This document shows positions 39,601 to 51,398 of a DNA stretch of 64,000 bases, piece after piece. The notes under the pieces were generated by a model. It saw only the letters and a program-made list of their open reading frames with translations. It was not told the DNA's origin and did no database searches. Origin of the DNA: Vicugna vicugna (lineage: Eukaryota); the NCBI GenBank assembly GCA_013265495.1, contig MU058687.1, positions 1,054,001 to 1,118,000 on the forward strand. Reading direction: 5' to 3'. The translations under genes and the position numbers were made by a program. Numbering within the stretch: the first letter of the stretch is position 1; the number at the start of each line of letters is the position of its first letter.

Positions 39601-42600
39601 AGGAGCAGGGACTTAGCTGTTGTTAAAGATAGTTTTTAACTGGCTCTAACCTCAGTTGTAGAAGTGTTGGAATAGCTAATTAAAAAGAAAAAAAATGTTA
39701 AAAGTTTAATTTTAGACTGTTCTAGGTACATATACTATGTACCTTAATAGCTTTAGTTTTATAGCTTTGTGCACGAGCTGTTTCCAGGTGTTTTTCATGT
39801 ATCACTTGGAAACATGCTAACAGAATCTTGCTTTAATGTTTCTGAAAAAGGACAGCAAGGGTGAATCTTCACAGTAGTATTGATTACTCTTACTCTGAAA
39901 GTGTGGGCCTTGGTATTTCTATATGCAGAGTCTTATAAAACTGTTACAATACTTGTAACTCATATTTGAGACTCTATACGATTAATTTTCTAATGCTGAG
40001 TAAAAATTTTGTCTCTGTCTCCATCTGTCTTCCTTTACAAGACATCTGTGCATGTTCCATCACCAGCAAATGGCGTGATTGAAGCTCTTTTGGTACCTGA
40101 TGGGGGAAAAGTAGAAGGAGGCACTCCTCTTTTCACACTCAGGAAAACTGGCGGTAAAGAAGTTCTCCTGGTTGTCAAGGTCTCCAGTGTTTCCCCTTGG
40201 AATTGGGTCGGAGCAAAACATACTAATTCTGTGATGCCTTAGAAACCGTTTGGCATTCCCTCTGCCCTTAGCAAGGCAATAAGAGGGGAGATATTTCTAT
40301 CATGTGAACTTTAAATAAAATTTCAAAAGAAAAGAGGTATTAAAAAAATAAACCTCACAGTACTGTTATTTCTTGTGCTGGACCTTTTCTTAAGTAGAAA
40401 TGAAGATTCTAAAGACAGTGTTTTTTCTTTTTTCCCCCTCTCCCCAGCCCTGGCATCAGAATCACATGGGGGCTTTAAAAACAATACAAATGCCTGGACT
40501 CCGTGTCTTATGGATTTTGATATTTTAAACCTGGGATAATCAGATCCTGGTTATCCATCATAGATAGCTTTTGTTGTTTTAATGCTCCTCAAGTCATTCT
40601 GATACACAGCCAGGGCTAGGAGCCACTATTATATAGTGGGAAGCAGCAATATTTCATCATGTCCATTATGAAGAATTTGGTATAGTTTTTTCACATCTAT
40701 TCTCTTATAACACTTTTAGGGAGGGTTGAATTTCTCTTGGAAGGAAGTGAGAAATAAAGAAATGAATTTGTACTGGATCTTACAAGTTAGTATTAAGTTA
40801 GTACACGATAGTTAAGTATAAGTTAGAGATTAGATTTGATTCTGAGTTAAATGCTATGACTACTAAAGTCTGTTTTTTTCTCATTATTAAAATAGTAAAG
40901 CAGACAGATGGTAGATGGCATCATTAAGACTGATCAGAGCAAGCCCAGGAGCCCAGAACGGAAAGAATGTACAGTAGAAGGCTAGGGAATAAGGTTCATT
41001 CTTCTAGTTGAAGAATCCCAACTTCTGATCATTCCTTAAGAGAATGTTCTTGTAATTAAAATACAAACCCAGATGTGATACCCAAATGGGTTAAATCAAA
41101 ATAAATATTTAAAGTTATGAGTTTATTGCTTGACCACCTTATTGTTTTATGAGAGCCATCCTGGATGAAATGCTTTGAAGTCTTAAGTCTGAACGTGCCC
41201 TTGATTATTTACACTTTTATTTTTTAATACTTGAGTATTCTTCCACATGTGGTATTAACATAGAAGAGGATACAATCAGTATCACCATAACTAGAAATGT
41301 GTTGCTTCTCTGTGTGTGTTTTAGCATCTTAAATTGCCTGGATTTCTTTTGCTTTGAAGTTTACATTACCATAGACTTAGTAGGTTCTTTGAAAGTACTT
41401 GCCACATTTGACGATCCGTAGATATTTGATATCAGTAAGGCAGCTGAATTAAGTCTGTTATCTAATGTAGGACATCCAAGAGCCCTGGGGAGTAGAATGG
41501 TACCTTGTATCATTCTGTGTATCTCAGAGCCTTGCGTATATAGTAAATACTCAGGAAGCATTTGCTAGCTGATGGGAGATAGAGCTTTTCCTACCAAAGT
41601 TCTGCTTAATATCTGCAATTTGGTTGTTTTCCATTTCAGATAGTGCCAGTGGCATCTATTTTCCTTGTTTTCTAGCTGCTCCTGCGAAGGCCAAGCCAGC
41701 TGAAGCTCCTGCTGCCGCAGCCCCAAAACCAGAGCCTGCAGCCTCAGCAGTTCCTCCTCCGCCTGCAGCGTCTATACCGACTCAGATGCCACCAGTGCCC
41801 TCGCCCTCACAACCTCTTACTAGCAAACCGGGTAAGTCTCCTCCTCCCATGTGTCTTTATGTGGGAAGAACATCTCATCTAATGTCATGTTCCCTCACAG
41901 GGCAAAGTGTAAGACTAATCATGGCTCTGAACAGCTCTGTTGGCTGCTTTGTAAAAGTAACTCTACACTTTGTATCAGAAGACCTGGGTTTGCATCCCAG
42001 CTTTCTGTTTATAGCTGTGTGACTTCAAGCTAGTTATTTAGCTTCTCTGAGAAAAATGCTATAGCCTCAAAAGTTTGTTCATTTGTGAAATAGGTATGAT
42101 GCTACCTCAGCATCTCTTGCAGATTAAATGATAGTTTGGTGTGAAAGCACTGGCTTATCCTCAAGTGAATATTTCTCACTTTCTGATGCAGTGTGCTCTC
42201 CATTTTCAGTGTCTGCAGTAAAACCAACTGCTGCCCCTGCAGTAGCTGAGCCAGGAGTTGGCAAGGGTCTGCGTTCAGAACATCGGGTAAGCCTCTGAGG
42301 ACCACTTCCAAGAAAGAGGCAGAGGGATAGTGTTGAGATGAATGGAGTGTGGGTCTGCTGTGCCTACCGTCGAGTGGCCGGAAGCTGATCCCTTGATCTT
42401 GACAAGGAAATTGAGTTTAGGAAGTGACTTATTCAGTCATGTAACTGTCAAATGATAGGACTAGAACGTGAGGTCTTCTGAACACTTGCCCACTGGTTTT
42501 CCCCACTGTATTATGCTACCACTGAAATGCCACGGGTGAGTAAAATATATGCAGGGGGTAATAGCCTAGTAACACATCCCCCCCATTCCATGATAACACA

Positions 42601-45600
42601 CAGTTCAGAGAGGTGGTTTAGTGGGCTCTATTCCCATACTTCCGGATACTTGGCTGAGGGCTACACAGTGGCAGTCGGGCAGACGTAAAACCTCAAGGAA
42701 ATATGGTCAAGAGTGTGGGTTCCTCTGCCTGAGAATACCTCCTAAAAATACTGTAGCCTCAAAAGTTTGTTGCTTGTGAGTTTCCATTTCACAAATAGCT
42801 ATTTTCATGCAAGTCTTTACCACCAGAAGTTGCCCTTTCTGTAATGACTCTTGGGCTGGCTAGCACTACACCACACTCCTCTTTTCCATAAATTAGTTTT
42901 AGTTTTTAAATCAAACCATTTCCTGGGCCTCTATTATTGGTCTCACTTCAGGCACATCTGAGTGAGTTTTGTCTGCATTTCCTTGTTCTTGCTCAGAGGA
43001 GCAAGGCTGCCACAGGAAAGAGGAATCCTAGATCTTTCCCTGTATTTAGATTATACTATAGTCCTTATTATCCACTCCTGGCAAGCCAAGTGCTCCCTCA
43101 GACTAAGTCGGAAGGGCTAGGCTCAAAGAGACAGGGTTAGCAATAGTTGTCCCACTTTCTCTTTCAGGAAAAAATGAACAGGATGCGGCAGCGCATTGCC
43201 CAGCGTCTGAAGGAGGCCCAGAATACCTGTGCAATGCTTACGACTTTCAATGAGATTGACATGAGGTGAGAGCTCTAGTTCTTACTCCCCATGCCCTTTT
43301 TCTTGGAGAACCACTTGAACTTGCCCAAGTCCCTACTGAGTGCTGATTCCAAAACTAACAGGAAAGACGTACTTCTTTGCACTGCTTGTTGACTTACACA
43401 GTGACCTACTGGTTTCATCTCTAATTGACTTTCCTCATACTATGCCTGGCTCCTCTGTGACTTAAAAACTTAGACTTTTAGACTTTTATCTTGTGATTTC
43501 TGATAAACGAGGCTGATAATAGTCTTAAACTCTGACTGCTGTCAAGCTGACAAGTAGCGATAGGGCAACCAGGGCAACAAGGCGACCCCTAGGGACAGAG
43601 AATCACTTGTCAGCATGCCCAGAGTCAGGGTGCCGCACCCGCTTCTTTCTCACCGAGCGCTCTTTATGTGTGTTCTAAGCGACCCAGAATTGGGGGGGTG
43701 GAAAGGCATAGGTTTGCCATATCTTTCACCTTTCCAAGCTTTAATAATGAAGTGGGAAACAAGTTGTGCTTTTAAGGAAAAACGTCAGAATATTAAGCAG
43801 AGGGGCTAATTCAGGACACTCATTTCTGTAGAGAGCCAATTGTTGATTCACTTATCTTCTTCAAGACTTTGATGTTTACAGGCATCAGCACAGTAGAAGG
43901 GAATGTAGTTAAAGTTAACAAGTGTGTTTTGAGTGTTACTATGTACAAGATAGTATACTATATGTGAGGGGGCTGCAAAGATGAGTGTAAAAGAGCCCCT
44001 GCCTTCCTAGAACTACCATCTGGTTTGGATAGACACAAAGTAGAATCTAGGAAAATAAGTATCAGAGGGATACAAAAAGTATGGAGTAGAGAAGAGAATG
44101 AGATCGTTTGTTTCTGAGGTGGGGAGGGTGGGCTCAGGAAAGGCTTCCTGGAGGACAGAGGTTTCTAAATAGGCCTTAAAGAGTGACTAGCATTTTGACA
44201 TGATGGAGAAAGGTCATTCTGGAAGATGTGAACAATATGGACCTGGCACAGACAGGAAAGTACAAGACACTTTTGAGAAATAATCGCTGTGAGGAATATG
44301 TGTAGGAAAGAATGGTAGAGTTGGATCCATATTTTAGAATGTTTTAAGGGCCAAGATAAGAGTTCATATTTAATACAGGGGGTAAAAATCATCAAATCTT
44401 CAGGTCATTTCTCTGATTCTTTTTGTCCAAAGTGTTTATAATCTGCTAATCTGTGTTTCATTAAGGAAATTGGTTTCCTTTGGAAGGGGTCTGAAAAGTA
44501 TAAAGAGGGGAATGGTTTATTGACAGTGTGCTGTGATATTGTTCACAGCAGAGGGCTCTGTGACCCATTTCACTAGATGTCATCCATTCTGTTGTGAGTC
44601 TTGCTAACAAGAGTAGATGTCATTCAAGCCAAAGATTTGTCTTCTACCCAGAGGATGTAGGGAAGGACCTTGACTAATGAATCATAAGGGCTGCAGTTTA
44701 TGTTTCAGTGCATTAGGGCCAAATTGTACACAAATTGAATTGGGCTTTGAAATTCTACCCAATTCCTTAAGACAAAACATGTAAATATTTGTGGCCTTGA
44801 AAGATGCAGTTGGCCCAACAGCTTTGATTGGAAGGTAAGTGCAGTAGCTGGATCTCCTTTCAGTAGCTAATCGAGGTGTCACTTAATGATGGCCTGGGGT
44901 CTCGCTGCAGCCAGTAATCTGGTTTGGATTGAGTGCCCTTGGGGTCTTGTGCTGATCAGCTAACCCGTAAGGGGCCTGTCTGAGACCTTCTTCTCTCCCC
45001 TATTGTCTCAGCCTCTGCCTCCAAGGGCAGAGCTCTGAAATAGAAGCTACTTAATGACCAGACAATAGCATTTGGGCAGTTTTGAGAGCATAGATGTTTA
45101 TCACTTCTCTTTCCCTCTTCTGCAGCTCTTGTGTCTTGGGAACCAGTAATGTCTTTAGAGTGGTAATCCTAGCACTAAATGAGGTTAGACTCAGGAAAAC
45201 AAACATTTTAAACCCAATCAGTCCCCCTAGGAAAACTTCCTTCCTTTTTCAAAAACAAAAGATCTGAAGGTGGGGCGTTAAAGTTATACCATCTGATCTT
45301 CCGTGCTAATGCCAAATTAGGCCATTATAGGGAGAAAGGGAGAACCAAGCATTTGGGCCTGAGATAAAGTTAAATTTGATTTCCATCACGGAACTGTATT
45401 CCCATCAATACAGAGGTTTCTGCAGCAAAATGGTGGGAAAGCCATTTGCCACTAACTGCAATACATAAGTTGTACATATGTGAAAAACCAGCCTCAAAGG
45501 AACAAAGGCTGTTCATGCTGCAAAGGCTTCCCAGAGGCCTTGGTGCTTGTACTTTAAAAGCTTAGTTAGGTCCACGCATGGTCACTTTTCTAAATGCCAA

Positions 45601-48600
45601 AGAAGCCATGTCCATCAGACTACTCTTAAGGGCAAGAACTGTGTCTTTATTATCTTTGTATCTTGGTGCCCTGCATTGACCCCTATGTGTGGTGAGTGTT
45701 AGTACCTGTTGGAAGGAACAAGCAGATGGAAGTGCTAACTCTGGGGAGACGAATGAATCTGCAGACTTTCTCATGAGCCTAAAACAACACTGGATTTATC
45801 CATCTAGGATAGTCACGACTGCTTTGGCTCACATGAAGCCCATACCCCTGTGGGGTTTGGGGCTTTCTTTTTTTTCTTTTTCAGTCTTCACTAAGAGATG
45901 GGAGGAATGTCACGAGGGAGTCAGTCAGGTTTGGTGACATTTTGAAAGTAAATCTAACAAGAAATAAAAAAGAATGGTTCTTATTTCGTGGACTTGTTTA
46001 TGCTTAAAAAATTTTTTTTCGGGATAGATGGCTCATGATTTTAGTGTAGCTAGAAGTCACTTTCTCATCTAGGGCAATAATGTTGGCGTGCTGTGTGATT
46101 GCTTGTTCATATTGTCTGTTGCTGAAATCTGTGTCTTCTGGAACATGAAGGAGCCTTGGAAAGGGCTCAGTCTACCTTAAGATAGATTGGATCCAATGCC
46201 TTTGGATCCAGGTTTTGTAAAGGAATAAAGTTACTGTGTTGACCTCTAGAGGACTATTTCAAAACTTGAACCTAGGTAAATGGTCCTAGGGAGAAAGGGA
46301 AAGAAGCTTACCCAGTTGTGTCCATGGAGTTAGAAACCAGTATGAAAGTCAAAATTGAGGCTTCATTTTGTGACCAGTTTGTTTTATAATGTGTTTTTGC
46401 AGTAACATTCAGGAGATGAGGGCTCGGCACAAGGAAGCTTTTCTGAAGAAACATAACCTAAAACTAGGCTTCATGTCGGCGTTTGTGAAGGCCTCAGCCT
46501 TTGCCTTGCAGGAGCAGCCTGTTGTAAATGCAGGTGAGTTTGTGGTGGCCAGAATCGCAGAGGTCCTGGGACGTGTGTATGAGCAAAGACCTGTTTCCAC
46601 ACACACAGACACAAAGATGGGGGTCAACAGATGAAGACTTCTTATTTCATACCTGTGAAAACTTGAGTACCTTCCCCAGGAGTTTCTTGACTCACCTTCC
46701 TCAGATGGCATCACAATTGCTCTCTCCCTAGTAGTTGGACAGAACAGGTTCTCTTCCCAGTGCACAGGTTGGCAGCTGCTCTGGCAACCAGCAGTTCTGA
46801 GCCAGCCCAGCTCTCCAGACTTCTCACGTCAGGGTGTCTTACCTGCAATACAACATAAACTTTGTGGGAAAGATTCTCAAGTTGTATTTTCTCATGAGCA
46901 CCAGACATAAATTTTTCGCTGCTGGTTTGCTCTCAGGGTAGCATATTAAAGCCAGACCATCCTGCTTCCTCCCGAGTCTCCTAGAAAGAGGCTTCCCTCA
47001 CCCTTTGTTGAGAGTGGGCAGCAGAAGGGGCCCTTTTGTTTGAGCACTTTTTATACCTGGTCATTAGCTAAGGGAGGTCTGGAGTAGAGCTGATTAACAA
47101 GAACTTTGGCACGTTCTCTTTCCTGTGTTAGCCAGTGTGGCGATCCTTCTGAGGACTGCCGAGGAAATGGATGCTCCTGGGCTCTTGCTTAGTTGGGACT
47201 CTCGGGAGTAGTTACGATTAGTTGGTACGGGAATAAGAGGAGTGCCAGCTGCTGCTTGTACTGCTGTGATTTTCTTGCTAGTTGGTCAGCCCACACCGTA
47301 CCAAGCAGCGTGGATTTTTACTCTTTTAATGCAAATGTTTCCTCATTGGCCTAGGCCTGGGGAGTTGTATGTAATGTGTGTTTTCTCTCTCACAGTGATT
47401 GACGATACAACCAAAGAGGTGGTGTACAGGGATTATATTGACATCAGCGTTGCGGTGGCCACCCCTCGGGTATGTTGGAGTAGGAGCTGGGGAGCTCTGG
47501 TCTGAGACTCTCACCTTACCCGTGGGAAGAAGCAGACCCCTGGGAGAGATCACTTCTGTAATTCTAACTTCTTAGAAGGGAGTTTCTAGAAGAGTAACTG
47601 ATGTCTAGCCATACCACATTCTTTTATCTTAATGTCGAGCCTGAATGTTTTACTCTGTTAATCACATTGAGTAATTAAGATACTCTGGGAAGGGGAAAAC
47701 ATTGGCTTAAATCAGGGGAGTTATAACCATAAAGGGTACTATTAATTTGCGACTGAAACACCTTTTCACTCTCATCAGGGTCTGGTGGTTCCCGTCATCA
47801 GGAATGTGGAAAGTATGAATTACGCCGATATTGAGCGAACCATCAGTGAACTGGGAGAGAAGGTAAAGTAGAAAGGACGTGTATGAGCTGCTGGGCAGGT
47901 CAGGGAAGAGAGCCTGGGGGAGGCTGGGCCAGTGAGCAGTGCTCAGGATGCTGGATACTCGCTTTGTTCTGAAAGGAGTGCGTGGCCCTGAGGACAGCAG
48001 TCAGGAGTGAGAGCCGAAGTGCAGCTGTCTGGCGGGGCTCATCGAGCTCTTACGACTGAAGAGCTCTTCAGGTGAAACCTGCTCGGAGAAGAAAAGGTCC
48101 TGGAGTCCTCTCTGGTGGAGCACTAGTCACAGGCTGCACAACTTTCATGCTAAAGCTAGAACTCGGACTGTTGATCTCAGATGTGAGCCTTCTGAACTGT
48201 AGGTGAAGAAAGCTGGGTTGACCTTATCTTTCAGTTACAAAATCTCTGTTTTTAGGCCCGAAAGAATGAACTTGCCATTGAAGATATGGATGGTGGTACT
48301 TTCACCATCAGCAACGGAGGCGTTTTTGGCTCGCTCTTTGGAACACCCATTATCAACCCCCCGCAGTCTGCCATCCTGGGCATGCATGCCATATTTGATA
48401 GGCCAGTGGCTATCGGGGGCAAGGTAGGAACCATCACCGCTTACATCAGCAGCTAGATGATGAGGAGAGGGAAGTCTGAGTAAATGCTGATTATAAAAGA
48501 GTCACTGTAATTTCAAGTATAAGTTGCATCTCTTAGTTTCTAATTAACAGCTTAAGGCACTGTTTCTCAAACTGTGTTGTGTGGAGCAGCAGCATCTGAG

Positions 48601-49573
48601 AACTTGTTAGAAATGCTAATTCTTGGACCCCTTCCCAGAGCTAGTGAAGCAGAAAGTACAGATGATTCTGATGCATGTTCGAGTTTGAGAACCATTGAGC
48701 TGAGAAAGCTTGCTGCTTCATTCTCTAGGTGCTATAGGGAGTGTGGGGATGCAGTTGAAGACATGATCTTGTCCCTGGGAAACAGAGGACAACAGTGCAG
48801 AGCCACCTGTAAGCTGCCAAGTTGTACGATAAGGTTTAGAGGTTTTCTGGGAGTTCAGGGAAGGAGGTCAAAGGGTCTTGAGCTGGTCCTGGATGATATG
48901 TTGGTAGGAAAATGTTTTCTGGGGCTCCTGTGTAGAACCTTTTTGGGTCACTAACTCCTTTTTAAATCTAAAAACCATAGCTCTCCCCTGGAAAATACTC
49001 ATATGACAACTTTGCATACAGTTTCAGAGAATTTGTGGACCCTTACGTAAAAAAAAAAATTTTTTTTTTAAATTCTAACCTTAGAGAGGAAACTGCAGGC
49101 AGCCAGAAGTGAACAGGAACTTTTCCCTGTAGAGAGCAGACAAGTGAGAGGGCGGAGCATGGTGTTTTGTTTTGTTTTTTTTTTTTTCCCCTTTTAAAGG
49201 CAGTTGTAAGGAGACTCCTATTTTCTTGGGTTAAGATTTGTTTTTGAGTGTGGGAGCTTTGCACTAAGGGTAGGGATTGGTCTTTGAATATATTGCAAGT
49301 ATCCAGAAGCAACAAGCATAGTAGGAAAGGGTCTGGAACTGGGAACTTACTTACGGGCCATGCTTTGTCATCTCTCCCCTTCAGACGGGCTCTCTCTGTC
49401 CTGCTGTAGACAAACCTGTCGAACTCTCCTCTCTGTAGGTAGAGGTGCGGCCCATGATGTACGTGGCCCTGACATATGATCACCGGCTGATTGACGGCAG
49501 AGAGGCTGTGACTTTCCTCCGCAAGATCAAGGCAGCGGTAGAGGATCCCAGAGTCCTCCTACTAGACCTTTAG
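33135..49573 (+). CDS. DLST: Dihydrolipoamide S-succinyltransferase (E2 of the 2-oxoglutarate dehydrogenase complex), complete 15-exon CDS, 1368 nt / 455 aa
   Basis: Mitochondrial presequence [16 protein letters not shown], lipoyl motif EIETDK, Ala/Pro hinge, catalytic YDHRLIDG; all 14 introns GT-AG with consistent phases. Confidence 0.98.
33765..33798 (+). CDS. DLST: DLST exon 2
   Basis: acag|[11 protein letters not shown]|gtaag. Confidence 0.94.
36359..36407 (+). CDS. DLST: DLST exon 3
   Basis: gcag|(G)[15 protein letters not shown](V)|gtaagt. Confidence 0.93.
38287..38329 (+). mobile_element. 5'-truncated vic-1-like SINE
   Basis: cctgggttcaatgcccagtacctccattaaaaaa; TSD agaaaatacct at 38276-38286 and 38330-38340. 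Confidence 0.8.
38986..39041 (+). CDS. DLST: DLST exon 4
   Basis: gtag|[18 protein letters not shown]|gtaagt. Confidence 0.93.
39174..39248 (+). CDS. DLST: DLST exon 5
   Basis: ctag|[24 protein letters not shown]|gtaag. Confidence 0.95.
39482..39537 (+). CDS. DLST: DLST exon 6 (ends with the lipoyl-lysine codon)
   Basis: tcag|[18 protein letters not shown]|gtagg. Confidence 0.95.
40042..40153 (+). CDS. DLST: DLST exon 7
   Basis: caag|[37 protein letters not shown]|gtaaag. Confidence 0.94.
41676..41831 (+). CDS. DLST: DLST exon 8 (Ala/Pro hinge)
   Basis: ctag|[11 protein letters not shown]...PLTSKP|gtaag. Confidence 0.95.
42210..42286 (+). CDS. DLST: DLST exon 9
   Basis: tcag|[25 protein letters not shown]|gtaag. 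Confidence 0.94.
43168..43265 (+). CDS. DLST: DLST exon 10
   Basis: tcag|[32 protein letters not shown]|gtgag. Confidence 0.96.
46403..46533 (+). CDS. DLST: DLST exon 11
   Basis: gcag|[43 protein letters not shown]|gtgag. Confidence 0.96.
47396..47469 (+). CDS. DLST: DLST exon 12
   Basis: acag|[24 protein letters not shown]|gtatg. Confidence 0.96.
47779..47862 (+). CDS. DLST: DLST exon 13
   Basis: tcag|[28 protein letters not shown]|gtaaag. Confidence 0.96.
48256..48423 (+). CDS. DLST: DLST exon 14
   Basis: ttag|[44 protein letters not shown]...GGK|gtagg. Confidence 0.96.
48558..48700. mobile_element. MER5A-like DNA transposon
   Basis: cactgtttctcaaact...gaacttgttagaaatgc...agtttgagaacca termini. 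Confidence 0.7.
49439..49573 (+). CDS. DLST: DLST exon 15 coding part
   Basis: gtag|[44 protein letters not shown]. Confidence 0.96.
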
Positions 49574-51029
49574 GAGGAAGCCACACGCCCTACACATCGA
49601 CCATGCAGGAACTGAAAACCAGTCTTCTCCCTGTCCCCTTACGGGCCCCAGGTTAGCCTGGTGACAGACAGGCATATGCTGTTGGCCTCAAGCAAGGAAA
49701 CCAGGGCACTATGTAACCAGCAGTTGCAGGTCTCTTCTTTGGTGTTCCTGCCAGGCTCTCTCCCTCTCTGCACCCTTCTCTTACACTCGAATATCTTATT
49801 TCCTTAGGCTTGAGGGAGAGAGAGAGCCTTAATGGATGCTCATTAATATTCCTGCCCTTCCTCCACTAGCCCTCTGCAGAGATGATTCTGCTTCTCCCCT
49901 GTGTCAGTATACTGTAGGGAAACCACTGGCGACCATGTGATTAAGCTTCTATCTTTTGGAAGTCTGTTCTCCAGAGATGCCTAGGAGGGTGGTGTGCCTC
50001 CCAAGCTTGGAGCAGCCTCTGTCCTGCCTGTGCACGTCCTCATCCGATTCCATCTGAGTGGAGGTATTGACCACAGGCCAAGAGGTGCTGCTCTGCTTCT
50101 TAAATGGCGCCTTCATTCTCAGCTGTCAGTGACTTCAAGATGCCTCTTCTACCTCTTCCAGGAAGCACAGGCCAGGAGATTAAGGGGGTTGAGGGGATGG
50201 ATAGGCAGTGTTAAGAGGGGGAGAGGGCAGATTCTCCCTGAGGTCATATGTTGTCACCGAGACAGGAGCAGAATCCAGGTCTGCCCTCACACTCTTCATC
50301 GTAGCTTTGCACCAGGAAGACCCATTTTGGCACAGCCACACACTACTGTGGTTGTGACCACCTTTCCAGGCTGCTAGGAACCATTCTACCACATTGTTCT
50401 CACTTAGAGCAGATTCTAGCACATGGCAGTGAGACAGAGCATGTCACAGCCAAGGGCTAGATGGCACCTGGTAGAGACTGGGGTGAAGGAGGCTTCCTAT
50501 GGACTGGCTCTGGTTGACTTGAGCTTCTAAATTCCATTGGTAAAAGCCTGTGGGTAAAAGGTGGCTCTGTTCCTTCCTGCATCATGGCCCTTAGGGAGCA
50601 GGGCCTTAGCTCTTCCTCTGCAGAACACAGGTCTGGGGGGAGGATGGATGGTGGTGGAAACTAGCCCAAGATTCTAGTACACAGTAGGTAAGTGGCTGAT
50701 GTCACCTCTGAGGTATTGCCCGTTTTTGCTTGGGCACAATCATTGGAATTCCTTGGAGCATGATTAAATGCACATATCTTGTCATGAAAGCTACTGGGCT
50801 TCATCACTTTGTATCCAGCTGCATCCAGGCCTGAGGCTGCTGACACTTGACATGGGAGCCATTTCTTTAGTGCAGGGTGTCCATTTGTACTTTGAGAAAA
50901 GAAGCAAGGCCTGAGGGTTGGGGTGAGGGAAGGGGTGGGAACCAGTACTGAGTGCCTGCAGCATCTACTATGTCTTCACTATTCAGAACTTGTAACTAAA
51001 ATATTTAAAGAAACTGATTTTAAATGCAA

Positions 51030-51035
51030 ATTAAA
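51030..51035 (+). terminator. DLST: Probable DLST polyadenylation signal (ATTAAA), implying a ~1.5 kb 3' UTR
   Basis: ATTAAA followed within ~30 nt by GT/T-rich ctgcttctgtacttgttttggtt. Confidence 0.65.
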
Positions 51036-51299
51036 GGGCAGATATTTGCAAACAGGGTTCCTGCTTCTGTACTTGTTTTGGTTACTGAGGCTGTACCAAG
51101 TCTCTAGCACTGTGATTGTCATTAGCATTGAAAGCCATAGTGTCCCCTGCCAGTCAGGAAAGTGCCCAGGCTTCCTTCTAGTGAGCCCATTGAGCTTGGC
51201 AAGCTGCACTCTTAAAGAGAAATTGGTCCCCATTCCCCTAGCCCTCCCCACCCCCACCAGGTGTGAAACCCCTTCAAACACCAACAGATTTGCATTAAA

Positions 51300-51398
51300 A
51301 ATTTTTTTAAGATTCATTTTTAATGGAGATACTGGGGATTAAACCCAGGACCTCTTGCATGATAAGCACATACTTTACCACTGAGCTATACCCTCCCC
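51300..51398 (-). mobile_element. tRNA-derived camelid SINE (vic-1-like)
   Basis: Minus strand GGGGAGGGTATAGCTCAGTGGTAAAG...GGTCCTGGGTTTAATCCCCAGTATCTCCATTAAAAA; flanking atttgcatt repeats. Confidence 0.82.

Noticed and set aside
51300..51398. tRNA-Ala-like sequence as a tRNA gene
   Set aside because: Degenerate stems, A-rich tail and related copies elsewhere show it is a SINE
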